A DNA stretch of 64,000 nt from Bacteroidales bacterium (GCA_021738505.1 JAIPBW010000003.1:4063-68062); one strand, 5' to 3'; shown: positions 42,774-52,399, counted from the first letter of the stretch. Translations and numbers: made by a program. The notes: generated from the letters alone by a model not told the origin.

Positions 42774-43130
42774 TATGAAACCTCCATGGCGAAAATTTTT
42801 TCGACACATAGGAGAATGATTAAAGGGCTGGACGAGTTGGATAATGCAATGGAAACAATGACATTTATTGTCATTAGTAGTCATTAGTAGTCATTGGTAG
42901 TCATTGATGGTCATTTTCTATACTTCTGTGTCTGGCTGCTGTTAAATATAACTGTCTCAGAAAGCCCTGAAGTAAATGACTTATAATGTAGTAAAGCAAA
43001 ATGACGCGCGAAGCGCAAATGACTACAAATGACATCCGTCGAAGACGGATAAATGACGCGAAGCAAATGACAGTAAGAGATAAAAGCAAGAAAACATAAT
43101 AATGACATTATCAATATTTTGAAAACTTTA
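42774..43130. repeat. Copy C (full length, inverted) of ~350-bp AATGAC-array intergenic element
   Basis: Reverse complement of 9238-9577 with one fewer 10-mer and a 24-bp extra unit; GTCATT at 42870, 42880, 42890, 42900, 42910. Confidence 0.95.
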
Positions 43131-43135
43131 AAAAT

Positions 43136-43567
43136 ATGAAACGAATAATCATAGCCTTGATGGCAATATTTGCCCTTGTATCATGTACGAATCAGGAAGA
43201 AAAAGCAAAAGAAAGCTTTAAACAGGGGCTTAAGCACCTTGAAAAAAACCAACTCGACGCTGCATTATCAAAAATCAATGAAGCTATTGAATATTCAGAT
43301 GATGACCCACGTTTTTTCTTCTATCGTGGCAATATCTATATGAATAAAAAGAAATTCGCAAAAGCAATTCAGGAATATGATCATGCTATAAAAATTGACT
43401 CCACCTATGCAGATGCCTGGTTAAACAAGGGAAATGCCACCTTTTATAAAACAGGAAATAAGACTGATGCCTGTCCTTATTGGCTTAAAGCTCATAAACA
43501 CGGCAGAAAAAATCTCATCAATAAAATCAAAAGCTGCCCTGAATTCTCAATGGATATGGTACGTTAA
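43136..43567 (+). CDS. TPR-repeat lipoprotein
   Basis: Lipobox LVSC; TPR-like YRGNIY, AWLNKG, ACPYWLKA. Confidence 0.88.
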   Translation: MKRIIIALMAIFALVSCTNQEEKAKESFKQGLKHLEKNQLDAALSKINEAIEYSDDDPRFFFYRGNIYMNKKKFAKAIQEYDHAIKIDSTYADAWLNKGNATFYKTGNKTDACPYWLKAHKHGRKNLINKIKSCPEFSMDMVR

Positions 43568-44649
43568 ACGTTAAACCGGATATGCAGAATATCGCCATCT
43601 TTAACCACATACTTTTTCCCTTCTACCTGTGCTTTTCCTTTATCGCGGCAGGCCTGCTCCGACTTTAGCGTAATAAAGTCTTCATATTTGATAACCTCAG
43701 CCCGGATAAAGCCACGTTGAAGGTCGCTATGAATGACGCCTGCAGCTTCGGGTGCTGTCATCCCGTTTTTGATTGTCCACGCCCGGATTTCATCCGGCCC
43801 AATTGTAAAGAAAGTTTTCAGGTCAAGTAATTTATACGCAGACCGTATCAGACGATTTATCCCGGGCTCTGAAAGTCCGGATTCCTCTAGAAAAGCATCC
43901 CGGTCCTCCTGATTATCAAGCTCGGCAATATCAGATTCCAAAGCAGCAGCAATAATCATCATCTCAGCATCTTCATCCTTAATCGCTTCCTTCACCTGCT
44001 CCACATATTTGTTCCCGGAGACAGCCGAGTCTTCATCTACGTTACATACGTACAGAACTGGTTTTTCAGTAACAAGATCCAATTCCTTAACATGTATTTT
44101 GTCTTCTTCTTTTATATCCAGAGTTCTTGCAGGCTGAAGATTTTCAAAATGATCTTTATATTTTTCTAAAACCTCCAAGGCTTCTTTAGCCTCCTTTTCG
44201 CCGCTTTTGGCTTTTTTCTCCATGCGGGCGATTTTATTTTCCACCATATAAAGATCTTGTGCCTGAAGCTCAATATCAATATTTTCTTTATCTCTTACCG
44301 GGTCAATTGTTTCATCCACATGGGGTACGCTCTCATCATCAAAACATCGCAAAACGTGAATAATTGCATCTGTACGCCGAATATCTGAGACAAATTTGTT
44401 CCCTTCCTTACCTCCTCCTTTCTTGATTCCGGGGATATCAACGATATCCACAGTTACAGGAATAACCTTCTCTGTCGGTTGATATTTTTCCAACTCATAA
44501 AGTCTGGGGTCCGGAACATTAAACATTCCAATATTTGCCTTTTGAGCTTTTGTCCCAATACCAGCCTCAGCTCGTTTTGATGACAAACAGTTAAACAACG
44601 TTGTCTTTCCTACATAGGAAAGTCCGACAATACCGCATCTTAGTGACAT
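43564..44649 (-). CDS. ychF: YchF/Ola1-family ATPase with divergent G1/G2 motifs
   Basis: VPDPRL, HVLRCF, CNVDE, APEAAGVIHSD, GFIRAEV, TGS domain ending RFNV. Confidence 0.9.
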   Translation of the reverse strand: MSLRCGIVGLSYVGKTTLFNCLSSKRAEAGIGTKAQKANIGMFNVPDPRLYELEKYQPTEKVIPVTVDIVDIPGIKKGGGKEGNKFVSDIRRTDAIIHVLRCFDDESVPHVDETIDPVRDKENIDIELQAQDLYMVENKIARMEKKAKSGEKEAKEALEVLEKYKDHFENLQPARTLDIKEEDKIHVKELDLVTEKPVLYVCNVDEDSAVSGNKYVEQVKEAIKDEDAEMMIIAAALESDIAELDNQEDRDAFLEESGLSEPGINRLIRSAYKLLDLKTFFTIGPDEIRAWTIKNGMTAPEAAGVIHSDLQRGFIRAEVIKYEDFITLKSEQACRDKGKAQVEGKKYVVKDGDILHIRFNV

Positions 44650-44760
44650 AAACCTTTATTTTTAAAGGCTGCAAAGGTAAGGAATATTCATTATTAACCG
44701 GAAGAATTTTTACCGAAAAACAATCAATTACTGATTTTCCCAAGTGTCGAAAAATTTTTT

Positions 44761-45261
44761 TCATGTAGGCGCTTGTTTATCTTCTCCTGAATTTGCAACG
44801 AGGCGTCCACCACGAACGGTCGCTCCTATTGTTAAGGCTGCACTGATTACGACAATATTTTTTACAATATACTGCCCTTCCAAAGTCAGACCATAAGGGA
44901 TTTGAGTGAAAACTTCTCCCGGAAAAATGAATATCGGGGTAATGGTTCCGGCCATTTGCAAAAACAATAAAGCCAGGGTTTCCCGAAGATAAATCTTAAA
45001 GATCAAACCTATACCTATCAGGGATTCCCATATTGCTAACGTATAAATTATAAATTCTTCTTGTAACAATCCAAAGGTTAAAGTATCTATCGTTCGAATA
45101 GCCAGACCCTGAGCAGGACTTAAGCCGGGAAAAAACTTCAGCAATCCAAACCATAAAAAGACAATTCCTACACTGATTCGCAGAAAAGGAATACTCCAAC
45201 GAGCCATCCAGTTGGTAATTGGCTCATCATACCTGTTTATAATATCTTCTCTTTTAATCAT
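44761..45261 (-). CDS. DoxX-family membrane protein
   Basis: LRISVGIVFLWFGLLKFF, GQYIVKN. Confidence 0.85.
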   Translation of the reverse strand: MIKREDIINRYDEPITNWMARWSIPFLRISVGIVFLWFGLLKFFPGLSPAQGLAIRTIDTLTFGLLQEEFIIYTLAIWESLIGIGLIFKIYLRETLALLFLQMAGTITPIFIFPGEVFTQIPYGLTLEGQYIVKNIVVISAALTIGATVRGGRLVANSGEDKQAPT

Positions 45262-45449
45262 AATACATTTATTTATCTGTTAACTAATAAACAGATCGAA
45301 TGGTATTTGGTTTAGGTTTTTGAGCGATTTGTTGACCATTTTTTTATGAGCGAATGTTTCCCGGACATTTCCTTATACCTTTCACTGTCATTGCTATAAA
45401 TAACATTCAAAGACTTTTCCATGAAGCACTAAAAAATAGAGGAGACCTA

Positions 45450-46088
45450 CTATCTTGTTTCGTCCAAAAAACTTGTCGGCCGCAATTGTCGTGGTGTAAC
45501 CCACTTCCCTTGTATGTTTGACCGGGGAATGGGGTCTCCGTTTTTGTCAAGAAATTCACCCTCATCGTCTCTGAGGACAGACACACAATGTCCATTTCTG
45601 ACACTGTCTATCGCGGCTTCTAATAAGATATAATCAGAAGTATCTTTCATCGCCCGACCAATATTTAAGCCTACATGATTGTTATGAATATCCATTATTG
45701 TGGCTATGGAATCATGAAAACAATCCGAATTTACCAGACTTGTTGAAAAATCCTTCATGTTTGCAATTTCGTGAGCACAGCCTAGCTTACAGGCCTTTTT
45801 GGCTGAAAAACGACTTGACAAAAGAGCCATCCAATATGTATGGCGAATAGCATCTGTTATGCCATCGCAGCGTATGGAATCCGTAAACGAAAGTTGCATC
45901 AAACTATCAGAAACCTCCCTTGCCTGCATACTAAGGTGAAAAGCTTCTTTCGCAATAAAAGGGTGTTTCAAAACCCAGATTCTTTCCTGATGTGAGACAT
46001 TGAAAAAATGTCTTAAAAGACCCTGCGAATGAGCAAAGTTAATATCCAATAATACGCTTAAAATTGTACAGAAAATAATTTTTTTCAT
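45450..46088 (-). CDS. DUF6973-type / minimal Wnt-like exported protein
   Basis: Signal peptide from MKKIIF (ATG at 46088); DAIRHTYW, AHE, MDIHNNHVG. Confidence 0.7.
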   Translation of the reverse strand: MKKIIFCTILSVLLDINFAHSQGLLRHFFNVSHQERIWVLKHPFIAKEAFHLSMQAREVSDSLMQLSFTDSIRCDGITDAIRHTYWMALLSSRFSAKKACKLGCAHEIANMKDFSTSLVNSDCFHDSIATIMDIHNNHVGLNIGRAMKDTSDYILLEAAIDSVRNGHCVSVLRDDEGEFLDKNGDPIPRSNIQGKWVTPRQLRPTSFLDETR

Positions 46089-46220
46089 AAATCGAATAAA
46101 ATATAATGTAAAAATAGTAATTTTGGTAAAATCATACAATGCGAATTTGCACAAACCACACAAAAACCTGAAAGAGCAAATTCACAAAAAATCCATTATA
46201 AAAAAATCATTTAGTTACTT

Positions 46221-46637
46221 ATGAAAATGCATATTACACGAAAAGAACGTTTTAATGCTGCCCACAGGTTATATCGCGAGGACTACTCCGATGAAAAAAA
46301 CCTGGAAGTTTTTGGTAAATGCAGCAACCCCAATTGGCACGGACATAACTACGATCTTTATGTTACTGTGGCAGGCGAAGTAAATCCTGAAACAGGTTTT
46401 GTGATAAACCTCAAACAATTAAGCAAAATTATTCGTGAGTATGTGGTCAATAAGCTTGATCATAAAAACATCAACTTAGAGGTTGATTTTATGCAGGGAA
46501 AATTAGCCTCAACCGAAAATATAGCCATTGCTATTTGGAATGAACTAGAAAAACCTGTTAACGAGCTGGATGCAAAACTTCACAGCATCAAAATTTATGA
46601 AACCGAAAATAATTTTGTAGAATATTTCGGAGAATAA
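46221..46637 (+). CDS. 6-pyruvoyl-tetrahydropterin synthase / QueD family (C-X5-HGH type)
   Basis: [35 protein letters not shown]. Confidence 0.92.
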   Translation: MKMHITRKERFNAAHRLYREDYSDEKNLEVFGKCSNPNWHGHNYDLYVTVAGEVNPETGFVINLKQLSKIIREYVVNKLDHKNINLEVDFMQGKLASTENIAIAIWNELEKPVNELDAKLHSIKIYETENNFVEYFGE

Positions 46638-46669
46638 TACTTTTGACCCATTCAAATAACAAAAGCTAT

Positions 46670-47332
46670 ATGAACAAAAATCAACATCCCGAGCACGATC
46701 ATACGTATTATGACCCCGATGACTCGAACAATATTGGTGGTTACGAACGCATTGAACAGTATAACCCGGAACGCATAGAAAAATTAATGCCCCACTACAA
46801 AGACATTTTGGGGCTTATTGGAGAAGACCCGGAGCGTGAAGGGCTTTTGGATACACCCAAACGAGTTGCCAAAGCCATGCAATACCTGACACATGGTTAT
46901 GACCTTGACCCTGAAAAGATATTAAAATCGGCAATGTTTCAGGAAGAATACAAACAAATGGTAGTTGTAAAAGATATAGAAATCTACTCGCTATGTGAGC
47001 ATCACATGATTCCTTTTATTGGGAAAGCACACGTAGCCTATATTCCCAATGGATATATCGTAGGATTAAGCAAAATACCTCGTGTTGTTGATGCATATGC
47101 ACGCCGGCTTCAGGTGCAGGAACGGTTAACAATGCAAATCAAAGAAGCAATACAAAACACACTTAAACCTTTAGGAGTAGCAGTAGTTATAGAGGCACGA
47201 CATCTGTGCATGGCCATGCGTGGCATCCAAAAACAAAACAGTGTAACGACGACTTCTGATTTCACCGGAGCTTTTACGATTGATAAAACCAGACAGGAAT
47301 TCCTTCACCTTATTGATGCAGATTTATCGTAA
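46670..47332 (+). CDS. folE: GTP cyclohydrolase I
   Basis: [37 protein letters not shown]; TTG at 46643 is an alternative start. Confidence 0.98.
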   Translation: MNKNQHPEHDHTYYDPDDSNNIGGYERIEQYNPERIEKLMPHYKDILGLIGEDPEREGLLDTPKRVAKAMQYLTHGYDLDPEKILKSAMFQEEYKQMVVVKDIEIYSLCEHHMIPFIGKAHVAYIPNGYIVGLSKIPRVVDAYARRLQVQERLTMQIKEAIQNTLKPLGVAVVIEARHLCMAMRGIQKQNSVTTTSDFTGAFTIDKTRQEFLHLIDADLS

Positions 47333-47432
47333 CAGTCTTTTTGTCTAAATTTACAGCAGTTACATGACATGGCATTTTTTTTGATAACAAAACGTGTTGT
47401 TAAACGTTAACCAATGCATAAAAAGAGAAAAT

Positions 47433-48191
47433 ATGTTAGAACAAAGAAATAATAATACAGGGATTTTCGCCGGACAGCGCGGGGCTGCTTCGCAATCAGG
47501 CTCCATAACTTTAGATGCGGAAACAGCGCGCATTTTCATTTCTAAAGTTTTCTCCTGGATGGCTGTTGGCCTGGCAATAACTGCTTTTGTAGCCTGGGCG
47601 TTTGCATCCAGCGAGCAACTTATAGGATTATTGATTTCAGAATCCGGAATGAATGTAATGGGATATGTAGTTATGTTCGCTCCCTTCGCTCTTGTTTTAC
47701 TGATGTCATTCCGCTTTGAAAAAATGTCGTCGGGAACAATTACTTTGCTCTTCGGTGGCTTTTCTATTCTTATGGGTATGAGTTTAAGTTTCATACTGCT
47801 TGTTTTCACAGCCTCTTCCGTATTTCAGACGTTTGCAGTTACAGCAGGCATGTTTGGAACGATGGCTATAATCGGATATACAACCAAAACAGACCTTTCC
47901 AAATTCGGTGCATATTTATACATGGCACTAATCGGGCTTATCCTGGCAAGTGTGATTAACTGGTTTATGCAAAGTTCCACAATGGAATATATCATTAGCT
48001 TTGCCGGTGTTTTGATTTTTACCGGACTTACTGCTTATGACACACAGAAGCTCAAACGGATCGGCAGCAATTCCGAAGCCTATGGACAGGAAAGAACCAA
48101 CAAACTTGTGATCATGGGAGCTCTAACCCTTTATCTCGACTTTATTAACTTATTCCTGTTTCTTTTAAGATTCCTTGGTGACAGACGATAA
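47433..48191 (+). CDS. Bax inhibitor-1/YccA family membrane protein
   Basis: 7 TM; TAYDTQKLK, ALTLYLDFINLF. Confidence 0.95.
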   Translation: MLEQRNNNTGIFAGQRGAASQSGSITLDAETARIFISKVFSWMAVGLAITAFVAWAFASSEQLIGLLISESGMNVMGYVVMFAPFALVLLMSFRFEKMSSGTITLLFGGFSILMGMSLSFILLVFTASSVFQTFAVTAGMFGTMAIIGYTTKTDLSKFGAYLYMALIGLILASVINWFMQSSTMEYIISFAGVLIFTGLTAYDTQKLKRIGSNSEAYGQERTNKLVIMGALTLYLDFINLFLFLLRFLGDRR

Positions 48192-48249
48192 TTTGAGATT
48201 ATAGTAAACATAATTTTTCAAGAAGATATAAAAATAAAAATTAAACAAT

Positions 48250-49131
48250 ATGAACGCTTACGTATTTCCCGGGCAAGGCGCTCAATACGTTGGTATGGGC
48301 AAAGACCTGTATGACAACTTTGAAGAAGCCAAAACACTGTTTGAAAAAGCCAATGACATTCTTGGGTTTCGAATTACAGATCTGATGTTTGAAGGCACGG
48401 ACGAAGATTTGCGTCAAACCAATGTAACTCAACCGGCTATTTTTTTACATTCGGTAATTCTGGCCAAAATGATGAAAGATCAATTTAAGCCGGATATGGT
48501 CGCAGGCCACTCGCTGGGTGAATTTTCCGCACTGGTAGCTGCTAATGCCCTTTCGTTTGAAGACGGGCTCAAACTCGTACACAAACGGGCACTGGCCATG
48601 CAAAAAGCATGTGAGACAGAACCCTCAACCATGGCTGCCATCGTTGGTCTGGATGATGAAACAGTGGAAAACGTGCTTAAAGATATTGAGGAAGTCGTCG
48701 TTCCGGCCAATTATAATACAACCGGCCAATTGGTTATTTCCGGTTCTATGAAAGGGATTGATGCTGCTTGTGAAAAATTAAAAGAAGCCGGAGCCAAAAG
48801 AGCTTTGCCTCTTAACGTAGGAGGAGCTTTTCATTCCCCGCTTATGGAGCCGGCTCGTGAGGAATTGGCAAAAGCTATCGCTGACACCCAAATTAATAAG
48901 CCGGTTTGTCCCATCTACCAGAATGTAACAGCAAAAGCTGAAACAGAACCGGAAACAATAAAAGAAAACCTTGTGCAACAGCTTACTTCACCTGTCAAAT
49001 GGACGCAGATCATGCAAAATATGATTGCCGATGGCATGACTTCATACACAGAGGTTGGTCCTGGAAAAGTATTGCAAGGGTTGATAAAAAAGATTGATCG
49101 CAAAATGCCGGCACAAAGTGCTGAAATTTAA
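48250..49131 (+). CDS. fabD: Malonyl CoA-ACP transacylase
   Basis: FPGQGAQ, GHSLGE, GAFHS, EVGPG. Confidence 0.98.
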   Translation: MNAYVFPGQGAQYVGMGKDLYDNFEEAKTLFEKANDILGFRITDLMFEGTDEDLRQTNVTQPAIFLHSVILAKMMKDQFKPDMVAGHSLGEFSALVAANALSFEDGLKLVHKRALAMQKACETEPSTMAAIVGLDDETVENVLKDIEEVVVPANYNTTGQLVISGSMKGIDAACEKLKEAGAKRALPLNVGGAFHSPLMEPAREELAKAIADTQINKPVCPIYQNVTAKAETEPETIKENLVQQLTSPVKWTQIMQNMIADGMTSYTEVGPGKVLQGLIKKIDRKMPAQSAEI

Positions 49132-49152
49132 TATACTAATATTTACAACTGA

Positions 49153-49186
49153 GAAGCCGCCCAAAATGGTGCGGCTTTTTCTTTTT
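49153..49186 (+). terminator. Intrinsic terminator after fabD
   Basis: aagccgc...gcggctt followed by tttcttttt. Confidence 0.75.
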
Positions 49187-49343
49187 GCAGCATGGCATAC
49201 AACATCAGAAATTTACATTAAATTTGACATCTGCTAAACAAAAAGGTGGTTAAACCAACACGATTGCAAAAAACGAACAAAAAAAAACCACAGCTAAGAT
49301 GCTATGCCTAAAGCTTATAACTTTAATAAAATAAATTAATCCT

Positions 49344-49961
49344 ATGAACTGGATGGAATGGATCGGTTATGCCGCATCAGCATTTATATTGTTGTCAATG
49401 CTGATGACCTCAATCGTAAAGCTTCGATTTATAAATCTCATCGGATCTCTGCTATTCGTTGTTTATGGCTTTTTGATTGAAGCGTATCCTGTGGCCTTTA
49501 TGAATTTTTTCATCGCCATTGTCAATATTTATTATATCATCCAGATTCGTGCTGTAAATAAAGATGATTTCTCTATTCTGGAAATCAGAACGGACAGCGA
49601 ATATGTCAAAGAATTCCTGAATTTTTATGAAGAAGATATAAAAAATTTCATCCCTCACTTTTCCTTTGAAAAAGCTACTGTTGATGAATGCTGGCTTCTA
49701 CTCAAAGACATGAAAGTTGCCGGAATTTTTATGGGCCGCAAAACTGATCAAAACACCCTCTTTATCGATCTTGATTATATTTTGAAACAATACCGTGATT
49801 TCCGGATCGGAACATTTCTTTATAAATACAACCAGGATTTCTTTTTAAACAAAGGGATACACCACCTTAAAGCACTACCTGCCAGCAACCAGCATAATCA
49901 TTATCTTAAAAAAATGGGATTTCAATATCAAAATGGATATTATGAACGTTCTATTAAATAA
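49344..49961 (+). CDS. YgjV-like inner-membrane protein (3 TM) fused to a GNAT-like domain
   Basis: EWIGYAAS...KLRFINLIG N-terminus; IDLDYILKQYRDFRIG, YLKKMGF. Confidence 0.75.
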   Translation: MNWMEWIGYAASAFILLSMLMTSIVKLRFINLIGSLLFVVYGFLIEAYPVAFMNFFIAIVNIYYIIQIRAVNKDDFSILEIRTDSEYVKEFLNFYEEDIKNFIPHFSFEKATVDECWLLLKDMKVAGIFMGRKTDQNTLFIDLDYILKQYRDFRIGTFLYKYNQDFFLNKGIHHLKALPASNQHNHYLKKMGFQYQNGYYERSIK

Positions 49962-49971
49962 AACAAACAAC

Positions 49972-51435
49972 ATGTATAAACTTAGCTGCTTCATTGTTAT
50001 TCTATTCTTTTTATTCTCTTGTAATAATGAAAAAGGAGTTGTTCATATTGAAGGCAATCATCCTTCGGTAAAAAACAAGAAGGTTTATCTTATAAAAACA
50101 AAGGATGCGCAGGGATATCAACATTTTCATAAAGCAGTAGACTCTGCTTTTGCAGATAAAAAAGGGCATTATATTCTTAATACTGATATTCAGAAAAGCG
50201 ATTTTTATCAACTTCGAAACAATGTGGGTCACAAGCTTTGGGGAAATGACTTGTTTCTTCAAGCCGGCGACAGCATTAAATTATCAGAAACAAAACTAAC
50301 TGCAAATTCTTCAGAAGCCAGTGAGGTCAACAAATTCCCGCGAAAATTAAGTGAAAAGTTTCCACATAAATCTCATGAATGGATTACTATGCCACCTGAT
50401 GAGTTTATGAATACGGTTTCAGATCATTATTCTAAAATAATGTCTTTTACGAAAGATTACTTTGCTCCGCTTGAAGTACCTCCAAAAGTGCTAAATCGCT
50501 ACACAAAAGAAGTGAAGCTTAGAAAACTCAACATGAAATTAAACTATCTGCAACATCATAACTTATACGCTTATGGCGAATGGTATCCAATGCCGATAGA
50601 CTCCCTGAGTTTTGACCAACCAATAAAAAAAGTATTACAAGACACTTCGTGGTATTACTTAGAAAACTACCAACGGTTAATCCGAAAATATACAACAGCG
50701 CAGTATCATACACATTTTTTTAACCCGCTGGATGCGAATGCCGACAGACGAGGACTAATGACCCGTAAGGCAATCATAGATACTATGTTTGCAGGAATTC
50801 AAAAAGATATAGCACTGGCAACTTTAACCAATGACTTTTGGCGTTATTTGCCAGCCATGCAGGATAAATTTTTTAAAGATATTGAAAATATATTAGGCTA
50901 TTTCAAAGAGACTAAACACTCAGATCAATTTTTTAATTATTACAAGAAAGTCTATCAGGATTACAAACGCCTTGAACCCGGAAACCCTGCCCCCAATTTT
51001 ACACTAAGAGACACAAGTGGCCAGAAAATATCCTTAAATCAATTTTATGGAGACTACATTTACATCACATTCTGGAATACAATGAACAGTGTTTTCACTT
51101 CCAACCTGGATGCTTATCGTTCTCTTGCAAAAGACTTTGACTATTATGACAATTTATCTATGGTCTTTATAGCTCTTCAGCCTCGTGAAAAAGCAGCGCA
51201 AAAAGCATGGGGCTATTTTTTAAGAAATTATCCCTTTGGAGAAAATCATTTAATTGCTCCGGGACAAATGGATAACAACGAAATACAACCGTATCTGATT
51301 GAAGCAATTCCGACTCATGTATTAATTGATCCCGAAGGAAAAATAATAACAGCAAGAGCCCCCGGACCAGATAAAATTATGCAAACAATAGAAAAGATTA
51401 TGGCCAATCAAATACAAATCAGCTCCTCTGGTTAG
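49972..51435 (+). CDS. Lipoprotein with C-terminal TlpA-like thioredoxin fold lacking CxxC
   Basis: Lipobox LFSC (ATG at 49972); APNFTLRD, FWNTMNSVF, IPTHVLIDPEGKI. Confidence 0.8.
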   Translation: MYKLSCFIVILFFLFSCNNEKGVVHIEGNHPSVKNKKVYLIKTKDAQGYQHFHKAVDSAFADKKGHYILNTDIQKSDFYQLRNNVGHKLWGNDLFLQAGDSIKLSETKLTANSSEASEVNKFPRKLSEKFPHKSHEWITMPPDEFMNTVSDHYSKIMSFTKDYFAPLEVPPKVLNRYTKEVKLRKLNMKLNYLQHHNLYAYGEWYPMPIDSLSFDQPIKKVLQDTSWYYLENYQRLIRKYTTAQYHTHFFNPLDANADRRGLMTRKAIIDTMFAGIQKDIALATLTNDFWRYLPAMQDKFFKDIENILGYFKETKHSDQFFNYYKKVYQDYKRLEPGNPAPNFTLRDTSGQKISLNQFYGDYIYITFWNTMNSVFTSNLDAYRSLAKDFDYYDNLSMVFIALQPREKAAQKAWGYFLRNYPFGENHLIAPGQMDNNEIQPYLIEAIPTHVLIDPEGKIITARAPGPDKIMQTIEKIMANQIQISSSG

Positions 51436-51440
51436 AAGGG

Positions 51441-52190
51441 CTACAGTTGGTTATTAAGAAAAAGCTCAGACTTGTCAATCAATTTTTTGACCAGCGGCTG
51501 GTACTGGAATTGGTGTAAAGCAGAAAGATATTTTGAATTATGCAGGTCAGTACCAATGAAACTATACATATCATTTTCCAGAAGCCATTCAGCGTTCTTT
51601 TTTACCTCATTTCCATAGTATCCGGCCAACGATAAAATATTCAATTGTAGATAAACAGAGCGGTCAATTAATTCATGATAACGTTCTTTTCTCCCAGCCC
51701 AAAAAAGATATCGTTCGGCATGAGCCAAAATGACTTTGTAACCTGCTATTTGGATATCGAATATCACATGGTTCAGATTTACCGGTTCCATGATATAGGA
51801 CATCTCAATTAAAACATGGTCATCCCCCATAGTAAGCAGATTATTATCTTTAAGTTTTTCCTGAAATCCATCATCCAAAAGATATTCTGCAGCAGCGTCT
51901 ACCTTAACGGGTAATCCGGTTTTTGCGGCAGCTTCTCTCACATAATCCAGCCCTTTACATATCGTATCTCTATTATTTTGATAGATATCATTCATGATAT
52001 GGGGAGTAGTGATCAATTTAGAAAAACCCAAATCATGCAGGCCACGAATCATCTCCACAGATTCTTCTATCGACTTCACTCCATCGTCAATACCAGGAAT
52101 CAGATGGGAATGCATATCCGTGGAAAAAGCAGAAAAATCGAGAGGTTCAGCCATATTAGAAGAACCAAAAAAAGTTTTAAAAATACCCAT
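51441..52190 (-). CDS. CpsB/CapC (YwqE)-type PHP tyrosine phosphatase
   Basis: DMHSHLIPGIDDG, TPH, AHAERY, GTDLH. Confidence 0.94.
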   Translation of the reverse strand: MGIFKTFFGSSNMAEPLDFSAFSTDMHSHLIPGIDDGVKSIEESVEMIRGLHDLGFSKLITTPHIMNDIYQNNRDTICKGLDYVREAAAKTGLPVKVDAAAEYLLDDGFQEKLKDNNLLTMGDDHVLIEMSYIMEPVNLNHVIFDIQIAGYKVILAHAERYLFWAGRKERYHELIDRSVYLQLNILSLAGYYGNEVKKNAEWLLENDMYSFIGTDLHNSKYLSALHQFQYQPLVKKLIDKSELFLNNQL

Positions 52191-52199
52191 TATATTATT

Positions 52200-52398
52200 T
52201 AGTGTCTGTCAATAAAGTAAGTGTTTAGTTCATAATGTTCAAGTTCAAAGTTTACCCCGTTTTTTTTATCGGGGCCTGCCCCCGCATTTATCGGGGGATT
52301 GCGAAGTATTTAAAAACAAGGAGTCCCGATTGTAACATCGGGATGGCTGTTTTAAATACGAGCATAACGCAGAAATTGGACATTATGGACAAACACTA
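52200..52398. mobile_element. MITE/ERIC-like palindromic element with nested GC-rich hairpins
   Basis: Terminal IR agtgtttagttcataatgttcaa (52220-52242) / ttggacattatggacaaacact (52376-52397); inner IR gtatttaaaa / ttttaaatac; three short hairpins. Confidence 0.7.
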
Positions 52399-52399
52399 T

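Noticed and set aside
42901-43114. Small ORFs (62-67 aa) inside repeat copy C, with a similar frame in copies A and B
   Set aside because: Copy B has an in-frame TAA after about 38 codons and the differences between copies are mostly non-synonymous; no sign of coding selection.
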